Notes under the pieces: generated by a model
Seen by the model: only the letters and a program-made list of their open reading frames with translations
The model's database searches: none
What the model was told of the DNA's origin: nothing
DNA from: Lytechinus pictus
Taxonomy: Eukaryota
DNA length: 64,000 bases
Assembly: GCF_037042905.1 (NCBI RefSeq)
Contig: NC_087256.1
Span: 6,944,001 to 7,008,000 of the forward strand
Direction of reading: 5' to 3'
Shown: positions 12,822 to 25,571 of the stretch, piece after piece
How positions within the stretch are numbered: the first letter of the stretch is position 1
How the letters are laid out: the number at the start of each line of letters is the position of its first letter
Position numbers and translations under genes: made by a program

Positions 12822-13402
12822 CCATGCTTCATGGCGTCAGGCATTGCGAGTTCCGTGCTTCGTTGCGTGAAACATTGTGAGTGCCATACTTTGTGGCGTC
12901 AAACATTGTGAGCGCCGCGTTTCGTGGCGTCAAACATTGTGAGCGTCATGCTTCGTGTCGTCAAACATTGTGAGCGCCATGCTTCCTGGCACCAAACACT
13001 GTGAGTGCCGTGTTTCGTGGCATCAAACATTGTGAGCGCCATGCTTCCTGGCACCAAACATTGTGAGCGCCGTGGTTCGTGGCGCCAAACACTGTGAGTG
13101 CCATGTTTTGTGGCATCAAACATTGTGAGCGCCATGCTTCCTGGCACCAAATATTGTGAGCGCCATGTTTCGTGATGTCAAACCACATTGTGAGCGGCGT
13201 ACTCCGTATGGTCAAACATTGTGAGCCCCATACTTCCTGGCACCAAACATTGTGAGCGCCGTGATTCGTGGCGCCAAACATTGTGAGCGCCATGTTTCGT
13301 GATGTCAGACATTGTGAGCGGCGTACTTCGTGGCGTCAAAAATTGTGAGCGTCGTGCTACGTGGCGTCAAACATTGTGAGCGCCGTGCATCGTGACGTCA
13401 AA
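12822..13402. repeat. 31-bp minisatellite, ~19 copies (AAACATTGTGAGCGCCATGCTTCGTGGCGTC)
   Basis: AAACATTGTG recurs at 12901, 12932, 12963 and onward with period 31. Confidence 0.92.
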
Positions 13403-13760
13403 CGCGATCGCTGTTCGTTGCATCGACGTCATAATTTTTACTGAAAATTGAATCATTTTTGAAGACCAAATTCACTCCAATCGGTTAAATAGTGAAAAAT
13501 AACTCTTTCTAAAGGAATATCACTGAAAATGTCTTCTAAGTTCGGATGTTAGATGATAGCCTCCTCTTAATTGGGGAATGAGCAAAAATGTCCAGACTAC
13601 TCCTCGAAAATGTCTTTAAATCTACATTATCAGATATGATTTGTAGAGCCCAATATTGAAGTTCCAGTATCCAGTTTCCATTTTCGTTTTCCAGATGATA
13701 TCAATTTTTACCGCAATGGACAGAATGGTATTGAAAAAGTCCGGAACATGATGCCACCGG

Positions 13761-13906
13761 GGGAGCGTTTCATGAAAGGACTTGATCCGACAAGTCCTGA
13801 TTTATGCGATAGTTATCATAGTAACAGTGCATCTAAGCCAATCAGAATGAAGGAAAGTTGTCAGATCTGACAACTTGTCGGATGAAAATGTTGATGAAAC
13901 GCTCCC
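13761..13906. mobile_element. Short Harbinger-type MITE, 3-bp TSD CGG
   Basis: TIRs GGGAGCGTTTCAT and ATGAAACGCTCCC. CGG at 13758-13760 and 13907-13909. Confidence 0.75.
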
Positions 13907-14024
13907 CGGCTATTTTTAAATCAATGCAAATGATTATTTCTAAACGATAAGATGAGAAAAATGTTTTAATTGATTACTGACGCCCGAATCGCAGAATCAA
14001 ATCGAGTACTCATTTTTGTCTTTT

Positions 14025-14250
14025 TGACTATAGGCGCCGCTTTTCCGTTGGCCGCGGCGGCGTCGTCAACATTGAAATCTTAACCAAGGTTAAGTTTTTT
14101 AAATGTCATCATAACTTAGAAAATGTATAGACCTAGTTCTTGAAACTTGGACATAAAGGTAATAAAGTTTTACTATAAATCCTGTCTGAGTTTCAGGTCA
14201 CATGATCAAGGTCAAAGGTAATTTAGGGTCAATGAACTTAGACCATGTTT
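14025..14250 (+). mobile_element. Truncated dispersed repeat resembling Helentron-associated (HINE/DINE-like) elements
   Basis: T-rich start, GC-rich head GACTATAGGCGCCGC..., and a core with AGGTCACATGATCAAGGTCAAAGGT. Classified by pattern recognition only. Confidence 0.4.
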
Positions 14251-17200
14251 TGTTTATTTTGAAAATTTAGGTTAATTGCCCGTTCCGCACCTCATTGTTC
14301 ACATGACTGTCTTGCCCTTATGACGTGGTTTCTAATATCACTAAAACGAAAAGAAAAATGCATGACTTAATGTTAGAAAATATTAAATACGGAAACCGAA
14401 AAGGTGAATAAAAATGAGTCGGTGGTGAAGCCTTAATAAAATATATATCAAAAAGAAAATCATTCCGTCAGAGACACGTGACCAAATCGTCACGTGAGTC
14501 TATACTTGATCGCTTTCTTCGTTGCACATGGCAGCACATTTAAATACTATCCTCATAACTCTGATTTCCCTGCGGGTCGATTAAAAACTTGCCCTAATGG
14601 GGAGATATGTAAATACAACGATGACATTTAAAGGCTCAAAACGGTCAGAATTGTTTTTTTTTAAAGGAAAAGGGAACAAAGGCGTATGACATCGAAAAGG
14701 TCCGCTCGGATAGTGGCGGAATCACGTTCTTGGCTCTGAGCAGGGTGTTTTGTCTTTCGTTGGGAAAGGGTAAAATGCAATGCTGATACTCATGAATCGC
14801 ACATTCTGCCCCTCCCCCATATCTATTCATATTAATACCGCCGTGTACATGTACACCCATAACACACACACACACACACACACTCACCCCTATGTTTATA
14901 TGCATGTATACACACCCTTATCCCCTGTCTCTCCGTGGTACACTCCCTCCCACAAACACCCATACCCTCCCACAAAACTCACCCCTGCTTCTCTGACTGC
15001 AACACAACATGCACACGCACGCACGCCCACCCACACCTCACCCCCACGCCCATTCACACGCCGTTCCTCTTGTATTCCATATCGTATGCGCAAAAAGAAA
15101 GAGCCTAATGTGCGTATAGGGATATAAAGATTTTGCATGTTGGGACACAGCCGCATGTGAATAATTATATCTTCCTCGTGTCCCATCTGTGGTGTATTCC
15201 CACTAGTAATTCTCCAGAAATAGTTTGACTCCACAAAGGTTTTGATTGGACTTTTGCACGCTATTCCCCACCCACATATCCACTTACAATTCTAGTTTCT
15301 AAAACATCCGATCCATCTTTGTTTTGTCTCTTGCACTCGAATGCCCGCGTGCACTTGAATTTCCTGATAATCTGCACCTCGAAATTACCAGACTTGGTGG
15401 CATTAGACTGATACTGAGAAGATATGAAGGAAGAATCAACAATAGATCTAAATATACATCAAGATATATAGAAATACAGCCTTAGGCTGGTTACCAAAAT
15501 TGGCGTTTGTAAACATCGACATCGGGGGATGAAAGAAACGGTGCCTTTTTATACAGGTTCAATTGTCATATGGCTTGAGGCGTAGATGAGAAGCAACAGG
15601 CCTTCTCATCCACCCACTTACGCCACCTCAGGAGAAGGGATACATCGGGGTTTTTTTTTCTCTCTCTCTCTTGGGTGTTCCACTCACGCACTTTTAACTA
15701 TTGTTTTCATGGCGATAACGATATCAATTGCCAAATTGATGTTGTAACATGGTCAATAAGTTTAATAAATCTGGTAAAAATTGGCATGGACTCTCACTTT
15801 GTACCATGTGGACGACGCGCGACAGAGCGTGAAAATAAAGCCGCGCGAAATTAAGTTAAGAAATTGTTAATGAGTGGTCAGGTAAACTGACACCACGAGC
15901 GGCGATTTTATAATGTTCTGTGTTCTGCAAGTGAGCGAACCGATTGAGCTGAAATCTTTCGTGAAATAATCATCGAAAAACAGGGGTAATTTTGTCATAC
16001 ACATGGACACTTGGTCTATGAAATAATTATGTACTTCATTCGTCTAACTGTGGCTTTTTGGCTTGAATTTAAAAATATGTACATAATATTATAAAAGTAG
16101 TTAAAAATCAAGAGGGGATGGTAATCCCGTTAAATATCGAGGGGGGGGGGCTTTCACCCCTCATCACCCCTTTTGTGTGAAACATTTTTTTTGGGGGGTT
16201 GGCTTGGTTTTATTTACCGTATGAAAATTACAACAAAATACATTGTACAAAATATTAAGATTAAATATATAAAACTTAAAGTATCACTCTATTCATAGCC
16301 ATCGATAATGATTCTGTTCTTCCTAGACATGCTAGAGGTCCACGGTGTCATGAGACCACTGTACCACTGTACCACTCGCGTTAATTGACGCACCAGTGAC
16401 GTGTCAAATTTCAATAAATGTGATTTTCTTCAAAGTTTTTTGTAGACAAATATATTTCTTTTTCTTAGGGGGCAACTTTTAAACGTTTAATTCGTCTTTT
16501 CTGTGCCATGCATATGTGAAAGAGCCTTAATGGAAGGTGGGAAATAGACAAAGACATATTTTTGGCTACGGTTTGGTCAAATACGGCGACGTAGATTAAA
16601 ACAATGCAAGAAAGACATTGTATCATGGCTTCCAAAAGTGATAGAATTATATAATTAAATCTGGCGCAAAAAAAAAAAATATTTCTCTTGCTTTTTGTTT
16701 TTGTGAATTATTTCCTTTCTATCAATCGCCGGCGTTTGCTGTTGTTTCTTGTGAATCATTAATATGACTGGAATAACAAAGTTCACAGTTATTCAGCAAG
16801 TTTGAATAATTCATCATATGCTTATTTGAAATAAAAAAGAGCCCAGTCACGCAACATAGTGATATGAGTGGGATCTGAGATATTTATGATGTGGGTTGCT
16901 TGCCGTGGGCGTGCGTTCTTGCGTGGACTTGGTTGTGCGTTTTTGAATGAACGTGGGTGTGTGTGTGTTCGCTTGTGCATTCACAGTTGATTTGACAAAG
17001 AATCTCAATTTGGGACTCTCTCTACGATTGTTCTAGAAGTGACATCATGTTTTCTCTTTATAAAGAATCAACCAAATCCATGTGCATCATAACTGCGTGG
17101 GATGTACATCTCTTGAATTATAATGAAATAAAGCAAAGTCCATCGGGAATGTCAAATTTTTATAGCGCAAGCAATTCCAAAATTGTCCTGAAACACCTCA

Positions 17201-18469
17201 GTAAAATGTCATGTTACATTTTTAATGGTGATTATTCCGTAAAGTTACAGTTGAAAACACATTACGCCATTTTGCGTTCATACATTTTATATGCGGGTAC
17301 TAGAAATGTCATCGCAAGTCACACAAATTATTCAGCGTTCTTTTTATAAATCACATTTTGCACATCCGTGGTAGACCTTGAAAATCCCAATTGTCGATGC
17401 ACAATGCTTTTCAGCCTCCGGTTATCCCTATATTTCCATAAAAGATTGAATTAAAAGCTGTATGTATAAATTCCTTTCATAAGGCGAAACATTAAGCCAT
17501 TAAAGCATCTCATAAGTGACTGCGGTTTCCACCAAGATTGTAGGGTATCGTGTGTTGCAAACAGATTTTTCTCCGCCTCGTCTCCCTCCCCTAAGTCTGT
17601 TTTTAATAGGTAAAACAAATGCTGTTATGGTTGTCTCGTCAGGATGAGGCATTGCTCATTGTTAGTATAGGCGTATGGCTCCTCATGGTTTTAGAATTAA
17701 AATGATTAACATGATACCGAGACCACTGTAAGTGATACATGTGCATAATATAACCAGATAACTTAAAAATTGCGAATGAAAGTGAAATTGTTTGTCTTTT
17801 AAAAACGAAGAAACCAACACTAAATGCCTACTCATAATAACAAAAATAATCCATGAACTATCAATATATTTTTAATGTTTCATATCTACTTTGAAAATAT
17901 AATCTTTCATTATGGCTTGCAAAAATATACACATATATCAGTTGCACTGACGACTTATTAACAAACAATGACCAGTTTTATAAGACAATTTGATAAATAC
18001 TTAAAATATCTATCCTATTTGATATTCCATGCAGACCTCATGTTTTTTATTACGGCAATCATGGAAGCGTATTTTCCCCTGATGGCTAAGGTGTTCATAC
18101 ACATATTGCAATGAATGTTAATTTTGCCGTGGATCCTTTACTGATGATTCTGAGGATTGGAAAAAAAAATGATTTAAAATGAAAAAAAAAGTGACGTAAA
18201 AGATTCAATATAAACGTAATTATGGATCATTTGAATTTTGCCGGGGTAAAGAATGAAGTGAAATATACGTATAAAATGACGCCAACAAGATGTACTCAAA
18301 TACTGTAGATCGAGATTCCCCGAAGGTTTCCACAAAAATTAGTTTAAAATGTCCTTGGGCTGCATCGTTTGCCATGCTGGAACCTACTTTTCGTTGAATA
18401 ATGTATAATGGGAAATAATCATTGTCGTTCTCTATTCTATGGTAGTTTCAAATTTCTGACAGTCGGGAT

Positions 18470-18890
18470 GCTTCTTCTCCTCCTCCTCTTTTCTTCGTCT
18501 CCTCCTGCTTGTTCGTCTTCGTCTTCTTTTTCTTTTTGTCTTCTTCCTCCGTACTTCCTTTATACTTTGTAAGAATATATCTTCTCTTTCTTCTTGTCCT
18601 TCTTCCCCTTCCTCTTCATCTTTATCTTCCCCTTGTTTTCCCTTTTCTTCTTTCACTCCTTTTCACCATCTCGCCATTTCCAATTCTTCTTTTTCTCCTA
18701 CTATACCATGTAACATTTTTCCTGTCTTTTCATCATCTTATCTCTCGATATTACTCCGATGAGTGCATGTCGAAAAGCTTCAGTATGTCCGTTTTTATTA
18801 ACGGCTATTTCATGATTTTGCGGTACCACGCACTTATTTATCTTCATCTCTTTCTCCTACTTCTTCTACTTCCCCTTGCTTTCTTTTTTT
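18470..18890. repeat. Pyrimidine-rich (CT) low-complexity tract
   Basis: Rich in CTT/CCT. The overlapping ORFs are low-complexity artefacts. Confidence 0.75.
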
Positions 18891-19555
18891 CGCATCTTAC
18901 GATCTTTTGACGATGTTCCCGAACCTTCACGTATACATTGTCGCCTAAATTGCAAGAGGGATTTTGTAAATCTCTGGACAAGTGGATCTTTCGCTCGGGT
19001 TCCTCTTGAAAATCCCACCTTACGGATGAGTTTCCACTCGAGAACACCGTACAGGATAACACATGAACTAACATCATCCGTCAGGTTGAAAAAGGCCAAC
19101 GGATTGTGCATGTGAGGGTGACGGTCCACTTGTTAATCGTTGATGTGACGTCAGAGAAGGGGGGGGGGGGGCTATCTGCCCTTTGAGTCGACACACTTCT
19201 ACGTTGTTGGGTTACGTCCAGATACACGGTCAGCCGATCACCCATTCGAGTATTGTCAGGGTCCCCAATCTCAGATATTAAGAGAACTTATGAAAGAAAA
19301 GAAGAAAACGGAGGGGGTAGTCGCACTTCGTTTTTTATCCAGCATGCCGACGTATTTTACGTATTACCAGACTTTTTTTTCTCTTTTTCATCAATCCCAT
19401 TGATATCACTCATTCTATTCTTGAAATGAAAAATTGCATTTTGTTAACAATACATATCAGTAATTTTTATATGAAGACTCATTTATGTTGTTAAAGGACA
19501 AGTCCACCCCAACAAAAGTGGGAAGTTGTGCCATATATTATTCAACTTTATACTA

Positions 19556-19751
19556 CACTCTTAAAAACGTTGGGCAACATACGGTCCACACAACAATTGG
19601 TTAAAACTTTATCAAATTCTGAGTAGCTTTAAACCAATAATGTGTGCTTTTGGTGAAAACTACACAGTATTGGTTGAAAACTACCCAGAGTTGGATAATG
19701 TTTTAAACCAATTGCTGCGTGGACAGCATGTTGCCCAACATTTTAAGAGTG
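19556..19751. mobile_element. Palindromic MITE with CAC...GTG termini flanked by TA (EnSpm/CMC-like)
   Basis: CACTCTTAAAAACGTTGGGCAACAT ... ATGTTGCCCAACATTTTAAGAGTG. TA at 19554-19555 and 19752-19753. The imperfect arms cover most of the element. Confidence 0.85.
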
Positions 19752-21884
19752 TATAGGCGCACAAAATCTGCAGGTACTATTGTTAATTAATTTAAAAGGC
19801 AATTAAAATAATTCAAAGAAGGCATGCTGCTGTTTTTTTTATTCCTTCATACCATTTGTGTGATTATCATTATGACCATTGGCTGCTAAGATCCTACATT
19901 AACGTTGGCTTTTCTATGATTGGAATGAAATCGCAAACGAACTAAATGCTATCAGGAAAACTTCAATCCAATTAGCATTCACCCCACCTCCCCATAATCT
20001 ACTTCTCAATTAAAGTTCACATCGAGACCACTTTGAAATTTGTTTGACGTCGCGGTAAATCATTGGGGTGGCGTATTTATAGTTTCCTGCTTTGTTTGCC
20101 ACGTGACCTAGTGCCGAAGTGTCACCTCTCCCCGCCCAGCGGATTCTTATCGATTGCCAAGGCATGTCGTCTGCCGATGTGCGGTGTGTGTTGCCATGGT
20201 GAAGTAAAGCCCGTGGAACCCACGTCATCCCAAATCGGAATAAAGACGCAAATTTATATCATTTCAAGATCAGACTATGTCCCTAGATCATGAATGCCCC
20301 CGAGGTGCTGGGAAATCCAAGAGAACTTGGGTAATATATTTAAACAGGTTCGACTCCGCGGGGCTTGAAGCTTGAAGACTCTGTTAAGCCTCAGATCGGT
20401 GGCATTCGACCATGTAGTAACATAATCATGATTGTTTCAACATAAAAATATTTCGTTTTGTTGTATAATGCTTGTTCAAACAGCGTGATCAGAGGACATT
20501 GTCCTTTGACAAGAAGAATAACCGTTATTGTTTTTTTTTTTCATTCTATCCGTGTTCTTAATACGAATAGAGGTAATAAAAGTCTTCTGACTTGACTGGT
20601 CTGCATACTCATTACCGTATGACCTGAGGCAAAACCTATGATAATTTTAAGAACAAATAGTCTAGGTGATTGGTGAAAAAAATGTTCAAAAAATGGTACA
20701 AGCATGAAAATCGGTACAAAGGTAGAGTAAGTTATTCTAATTATTTTTAGCAGGGGGTGCCAACGTGAGTTCACTAAACATAGCAACGGTTGCTAGGTAA
20801 CATATTTACCCTATTAACTGAGCTTAATTGGGCTTGAGTAACAATTTCACAAGCGATATGTCATACAAATTTAAATCTAAAGCATGTTCCTTTGTATCAC
20901 AACAGTTTTTATCCATTATTCATAGCAACGGTTGCTCAGTGACCCTCTTCCGTAGCAACAAATTCTTTATCTTAGTTCAGATCATTATAATTTACTCGGA
21001 ATAGCTCAGAAATCAAATCTGGCCCATAGATTCCTCATGTGATGAATGTTTCAATAGGTAGACACAAATGAACACCATAGCAACTGCTGCTAAGTAACAT
21101 TTTCCACGGTAACCAATTATTATAGGGTATCTTTTTCATGATTATAATTTCTATGAATCGCATCTTTTCTATTAAAGCATTAATACATTAATCACAACAA
21201 CCCAAGAACAATTATACCATGTATTCAAGCCCATGCGAAATAACAGTTGCTAAGTAATATGTTTTCTGTAGCAACCAATGGTTAAAGGTCGTATGGTAAG
21301 ATCATTGATGTGTGTAAATCATATAGGTACTAATAGATACTTAAAAAGTAGAAACTTGCACAAATTAAACTACCTCGTGATATGGTTCATATTTCCAAAG
21401 ACGATGTCTATGTGTTCCATATTATTGGTATAATAATATTTATTGCATGTTAAAAGAACCTCAACACCAATCTTTATCTATTTTGAACCATATTTTGAAT
21501 TAACCTAAACATATGTAAAAGATCGACCATTGGAAAGAATCCCACAATATCAACATTTAGCAAGAGGTCAGTCACTCTTGTAGAAGAACGGTTACTATAT
21601 AGAGCTCACTAGGAGGTCATAGGTACTTACAACCTAAATATATCTGATCTTAGAGAGATAACCACCAAGAATTGATTGAGTCAACTAAGTTTAGAATTAT
21701 TTCAAACATCAAAATCTTGCCAGAATGAGTGCTTGGATACTACGTTATCCCTTGCTAACAGTAGTCGTTCGTTTTAAAGCCAACACTCTTTGCCTTGGTT
21801 TACCCACTCCCTTCCGCTGTTCCGTAGCCTGTAATGAAGATCATATTAGTTCTCCATGCCGTTCCCAAACCGAATGCCACGGGC

Positions 21885-22752
21885 AGGAGTTGATTTTGAC
21901 CAGGCGTTTTAACTTACATCAATCCTGCGCAGCTGAGGGATCTATCGTGACGTGACAGATGTGTTAGTATTGATTGGGACCATTCAATTCTGTTTCCTGG
22001 CCTGTCGGCCTGGATCCTGCAGCTACGTGATCTATCATGACTTCTGCAGAAGTTGATTGGCACCTGTTAGTTCCGATTCCAGGTGTTCTGACCAGGAACA
22101 ATCCTGCAGTTCCAGGATTTGTCATCACGTGAAAGATTTCGCAACAGTTGATTTTGACCAGCCAGTTCTGTTTTCAGGCGTGCTGGCCTGGATCCTGCAG
22201 CTCAGGTATCTATCATGACTTGAAAGCTTGTGCAGAAGTTGATTTGCAACTGTCCGTTATTTTTCTAGGTGTTTTGACCTGGATCAATCCTGCAGCTCCA
22301 GGACTTAGCATCACTTCAAAGATCTGTTAGATTTGATTTGGACCACTCAGTTCCGTTTTCAGGCGTGTTGGTCTGGATCCTGCAGCTACATGATCTATTG
22401 TGACTTCTGCAGAGGTTGATTTGGACATATCAGTTCCTATTCCCAGTGTTTTGACCTGGATTAATAATGTAGCTCTGGGATCTATCATGATGTGAAAGAT
22501 CTTGCTAGAGTTGATTTGGACCTCAGTGTCAGTTCCGTTTCTAGGCATGTTGGCCTGGATCCTGCAGCTATATGATTGATCTATCATGACTCGATCCTGC
22601 AGAAGTTGATTTGGACCTGTCCTTTCTGTTTCCTGGTGTTTTGACCTGGATCAATCCTGCACCTCCATGATCCATGACTTGAAAGCTTGTGTAGAAGTTG
22701 ATTTCACCTGTAAGTTCCAATTGCAGGTATTTTGGCCGGGATCCTGCAGCTT
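21885..22752. repeat. Degenerate ~87-95 bp tandem repeat with alternating subtypes (GATCCTGCAGCT core) inside the Academ-like element
   Basis: CTGCAG-type cores at 22017, 22104, 22195, 22290, 22380, 22467, 22562, 22657 and 22744. Confidence 0.85.
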
Positions 22753-24094
22753 GTATGTATGTATGTATGTATTTATTTCCATATAAAACAAATAATATAC
22801 ATAATCAAATTACAAGAAGAAAAAGAAAAATCGTCAAATGAAATATGGAGGATTGCCCATTTCAGCGGCATTAACATAATGCCGCTGTTCTTCCATGGGG
22901 TCCTTTGCAACGTAAACATGGTAAATACGTATTATAACAAAAAAATACACAATACTTAATCAGTAACATAACAAGGAAAAAAATGCAAAGACTAAAACTA
23001 ACTTACGGTTAAAAAATATCCCATTGTGGAAATGCCCCCCTCCCCTTTAACCCACCCTACTATTGATTACTTAAACGCCCAATTTAGTCTGTTATTACAC
23101 CGGTTACTATCGTATGGCAGTGAATAAGGGATTGCGGATTTCAAATATCAAAATAGTCAAAAAAAATCTGAACGTGTTTATTAAATATATTAAGTGTGTC
23201 CAGCTGGCGTAGCTTGAGTGGTAGTTTATTGTACAAGACAGATCCACGATATAAGAATGTACGTTTACATTGATTTGTTCTTGGTTTGGGAAGCATTAGG
23301 TCTGAATTTGATCTTAGTCCATAGTGCTTTTCGTTAAAAACAAATTTATCAGTCATATAATCGGGCGTTAACTTATGGAATGTTTTAAATAATAATGCGT
23401 ACATGTGTCTCCTACGACGAGACTTTAGAGTTTCCCACTTCAACACATGGTGAATATGATGAACTGATTTATGTTCATAGGGGTTGACTCGAAGAATAAT
23501 TCTTCCCGCTCTATTCTGGAGCTTCTGGATTTGGTCAAGATAATTTTTATTGGTACTTTGCCAAACAGTGTCCGCATAATCGAAATGGGGTAAAATCACA
23601 GAAGAATAAATCAATTTGAGATTTGACTCGTTAATAAAATATCTCAGTCTCCTTAGAAAACCAATAATTTTCCCAATCTTTTTGTTCAGTTGCTCTATAT
23701 GAATATTCCATTTAAGTTCAGGGTCCAAATTTAATCCAAGATATTTGAAATTCGTCACTTGATTTAGTCTATCTGAATTTAACTTGATATTGAGAGTATG
23801 ACGTTTAGAAAGCATACTCTTTGTTCCAATTAACATACACACTGTTTTACTAGAGTTTATCATGAGTCTATTTATATTCATCCAAGACTGGAGGTTACCT
23901 AACTCTTCATTTAATACAGATTGAATCTCATCAACATCATTATGGGAATAATACAGAACCGTATCATCGGCATAGAAATGCAACTTACACTTTGTAAAGA
24001 ACAATGGTAAATCGTTAATGAAAATCAAGAACAACAGCGGGCCTATTATTGACCCCTGAGGCACTCCATAATCAAGGGTTAATACATTAGATAA
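22753..24094 (-). mobile_element. 5'-truncated L2/CR1-group LINE, copy 1 (RT C-terminal half, 3' UTR and (TACA)n tail)
   Basis: ORF 23141-24139 has the RT motifs GVPQGSIIGPLLFLIFINDL, YADD and FKYLG, and a C-terminal LPKPRTN...RTFLYRG..LYN.LP. The minus-strand 3' end reads AAATAAATACATACATAC at 22753-22778. Confidence 0.93.
23141..24094 (-). pseudogene. Reverse transcriptase (LINE ORF2) C-terminal fragment, ~317 uninterrupted codons
   Basis: RT motifs as above. The first ~15 residues of the listed ORF (MMLSPGAAGLIQVKT) come from the flanking repeat, not from the LINE. Confidence 0.9.
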
Positions 24095-24577
24095 TGTTTT
24101 GACCTGGATCAATCCTGCAGCTCCAGGACTTAGCATCACTTCAAAGATCTGTTAGATTTGATTTGGACCACTCAGTTCCGTTTTCAGGCGTGTTGGTCTG
24201 GATCCTGCAGCTACATGATATATTGTGACTTCTGCAGAGGTTGATTTGGACATATCAGTTCCTATTCCCAGTGTTTTGACCTGGATTAATAATGTAGCTC
24301 TGGGATCTATCATGATGTGAAAGATCTTGCTAGAGTTGATTTGGACCTCAGTGTCAGTTCCGTTTCTAGGCATGTTGGCCTGGATCCTGCAGCTATATGA
24401 TTGATCTACCATGACTCGATCCTGCAGAAGTTGATTTGGACCTGTCCTTTCTGTTTCCTGGTGTTTTGACCTGGATCAATCCTGCACCTCCATGATCCAT
24501 GACTTGAAAGCTTGTGTAGAAGTTGATTTCACCTGTAAGTTCCAATTGCAGGTATTTTGGCCGGGATCCTGCAGCTT
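24095..24577 (+). repeat. 483-bp direct duplication of 22270-22752
   Basis: Near-identical at offset 1825. I noticed only two substitutions. Confidence 0.93.
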
Positions 24578-25346
24578 GTATGTATGTATGTATGTATTTA
24601 TTTCCATATAAAACAAATAATATACATAATCAAATTACAAGAAGAAAAAGAAAAATCGTCAAATGAAATATGGAGGATTGCCCATTTCAGCGGCATTAAC
24701 ATAATGCCGCTGTTCTTCCATGGGGTCCTTTGCAACGTAAACATGGTAAATACGTATTATAACAAAAAAATACACAATACTTAATCAGTAACATAACAAG
24801 GAAAAAAATGCAAAGACTAAAACTAACTTACGGTTAAAATATATCCCATTGTGGAAATGCCCCCCTCCCCTTTAACCCACCCTACTATTGATTACTTAAA
24901 CGCCCAATTTAGTCTGTTATTACACCGGTTACTATCGTATGGCAGTGAATAAGGGATTGCGGATTTCAAATATCAAAATAGTCAAAAAAAATCTGAACGT
25001 GTTTATTAAATATATTAAGTGTGTCCAGCTGGCGTAGCTTGAGTGGTAGTTTATTGTACAAGACAGATCCACGATATAAGAATGTACGTTTACATTGATT
25101 TGTTCTTGGTTTGGGAAGCATTAGGTCTGAATTTGATCTTAGTCCATAGTGCTTTTCGTTAAAAACAAATTTATCAGTCATATAATCGGGCGTTAACTTA
25201 TGGAATGTTTTAAATAATAATGCGTACATGTGTCTCCTACGACGAGACTTTAGAGTTTCCCACTTCAACATCTGGTGAATATGATGAACTGATTTATGTT
25301 CATAGGGGTTGACTCGAATAATAATTCTTCCCGCTCTATTCTGGAG
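24578..25346 (-). mobile_element. 5'-truncated L2/CR1-group LINE, copy 2 (shorter)
   Basis: Near-identical to 22753-23521 with the same 3' junction. ORF 24966-25271 equals the C-terminus of copy 1. It is followed by a 91-bp duplication (25347-25437 matches 24487-24577). Confidence 0.93.
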
Positions 25347-25571
25347 CCTCCATGATCCATGACTTGAAAGCTTGTGTAGAAGTTGATTTCACCTGTAAGT
25401 TCCAATTGCAGGTATTTTGGCCGGGATCCTGCAGCTTCAAGATCGATCATGACTTGATAGATCTTGCTGGACTATGCGCATCTGACTCTGTCACCTACGT
25501 ATGTGAAGCACTTGTGATATAGGTTGGCTCGATGCGATCCATACTCGGTCACAGAACAGTAGCATGAAGTT

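Noticed and set aside
23141-24139. Functional 332-aa RT gene
   Set aside because: The start codon comes from the flanking repeat. The endonuclease and the N-terminal RT motifs are missing, so this is a 5'-truncated LINE.
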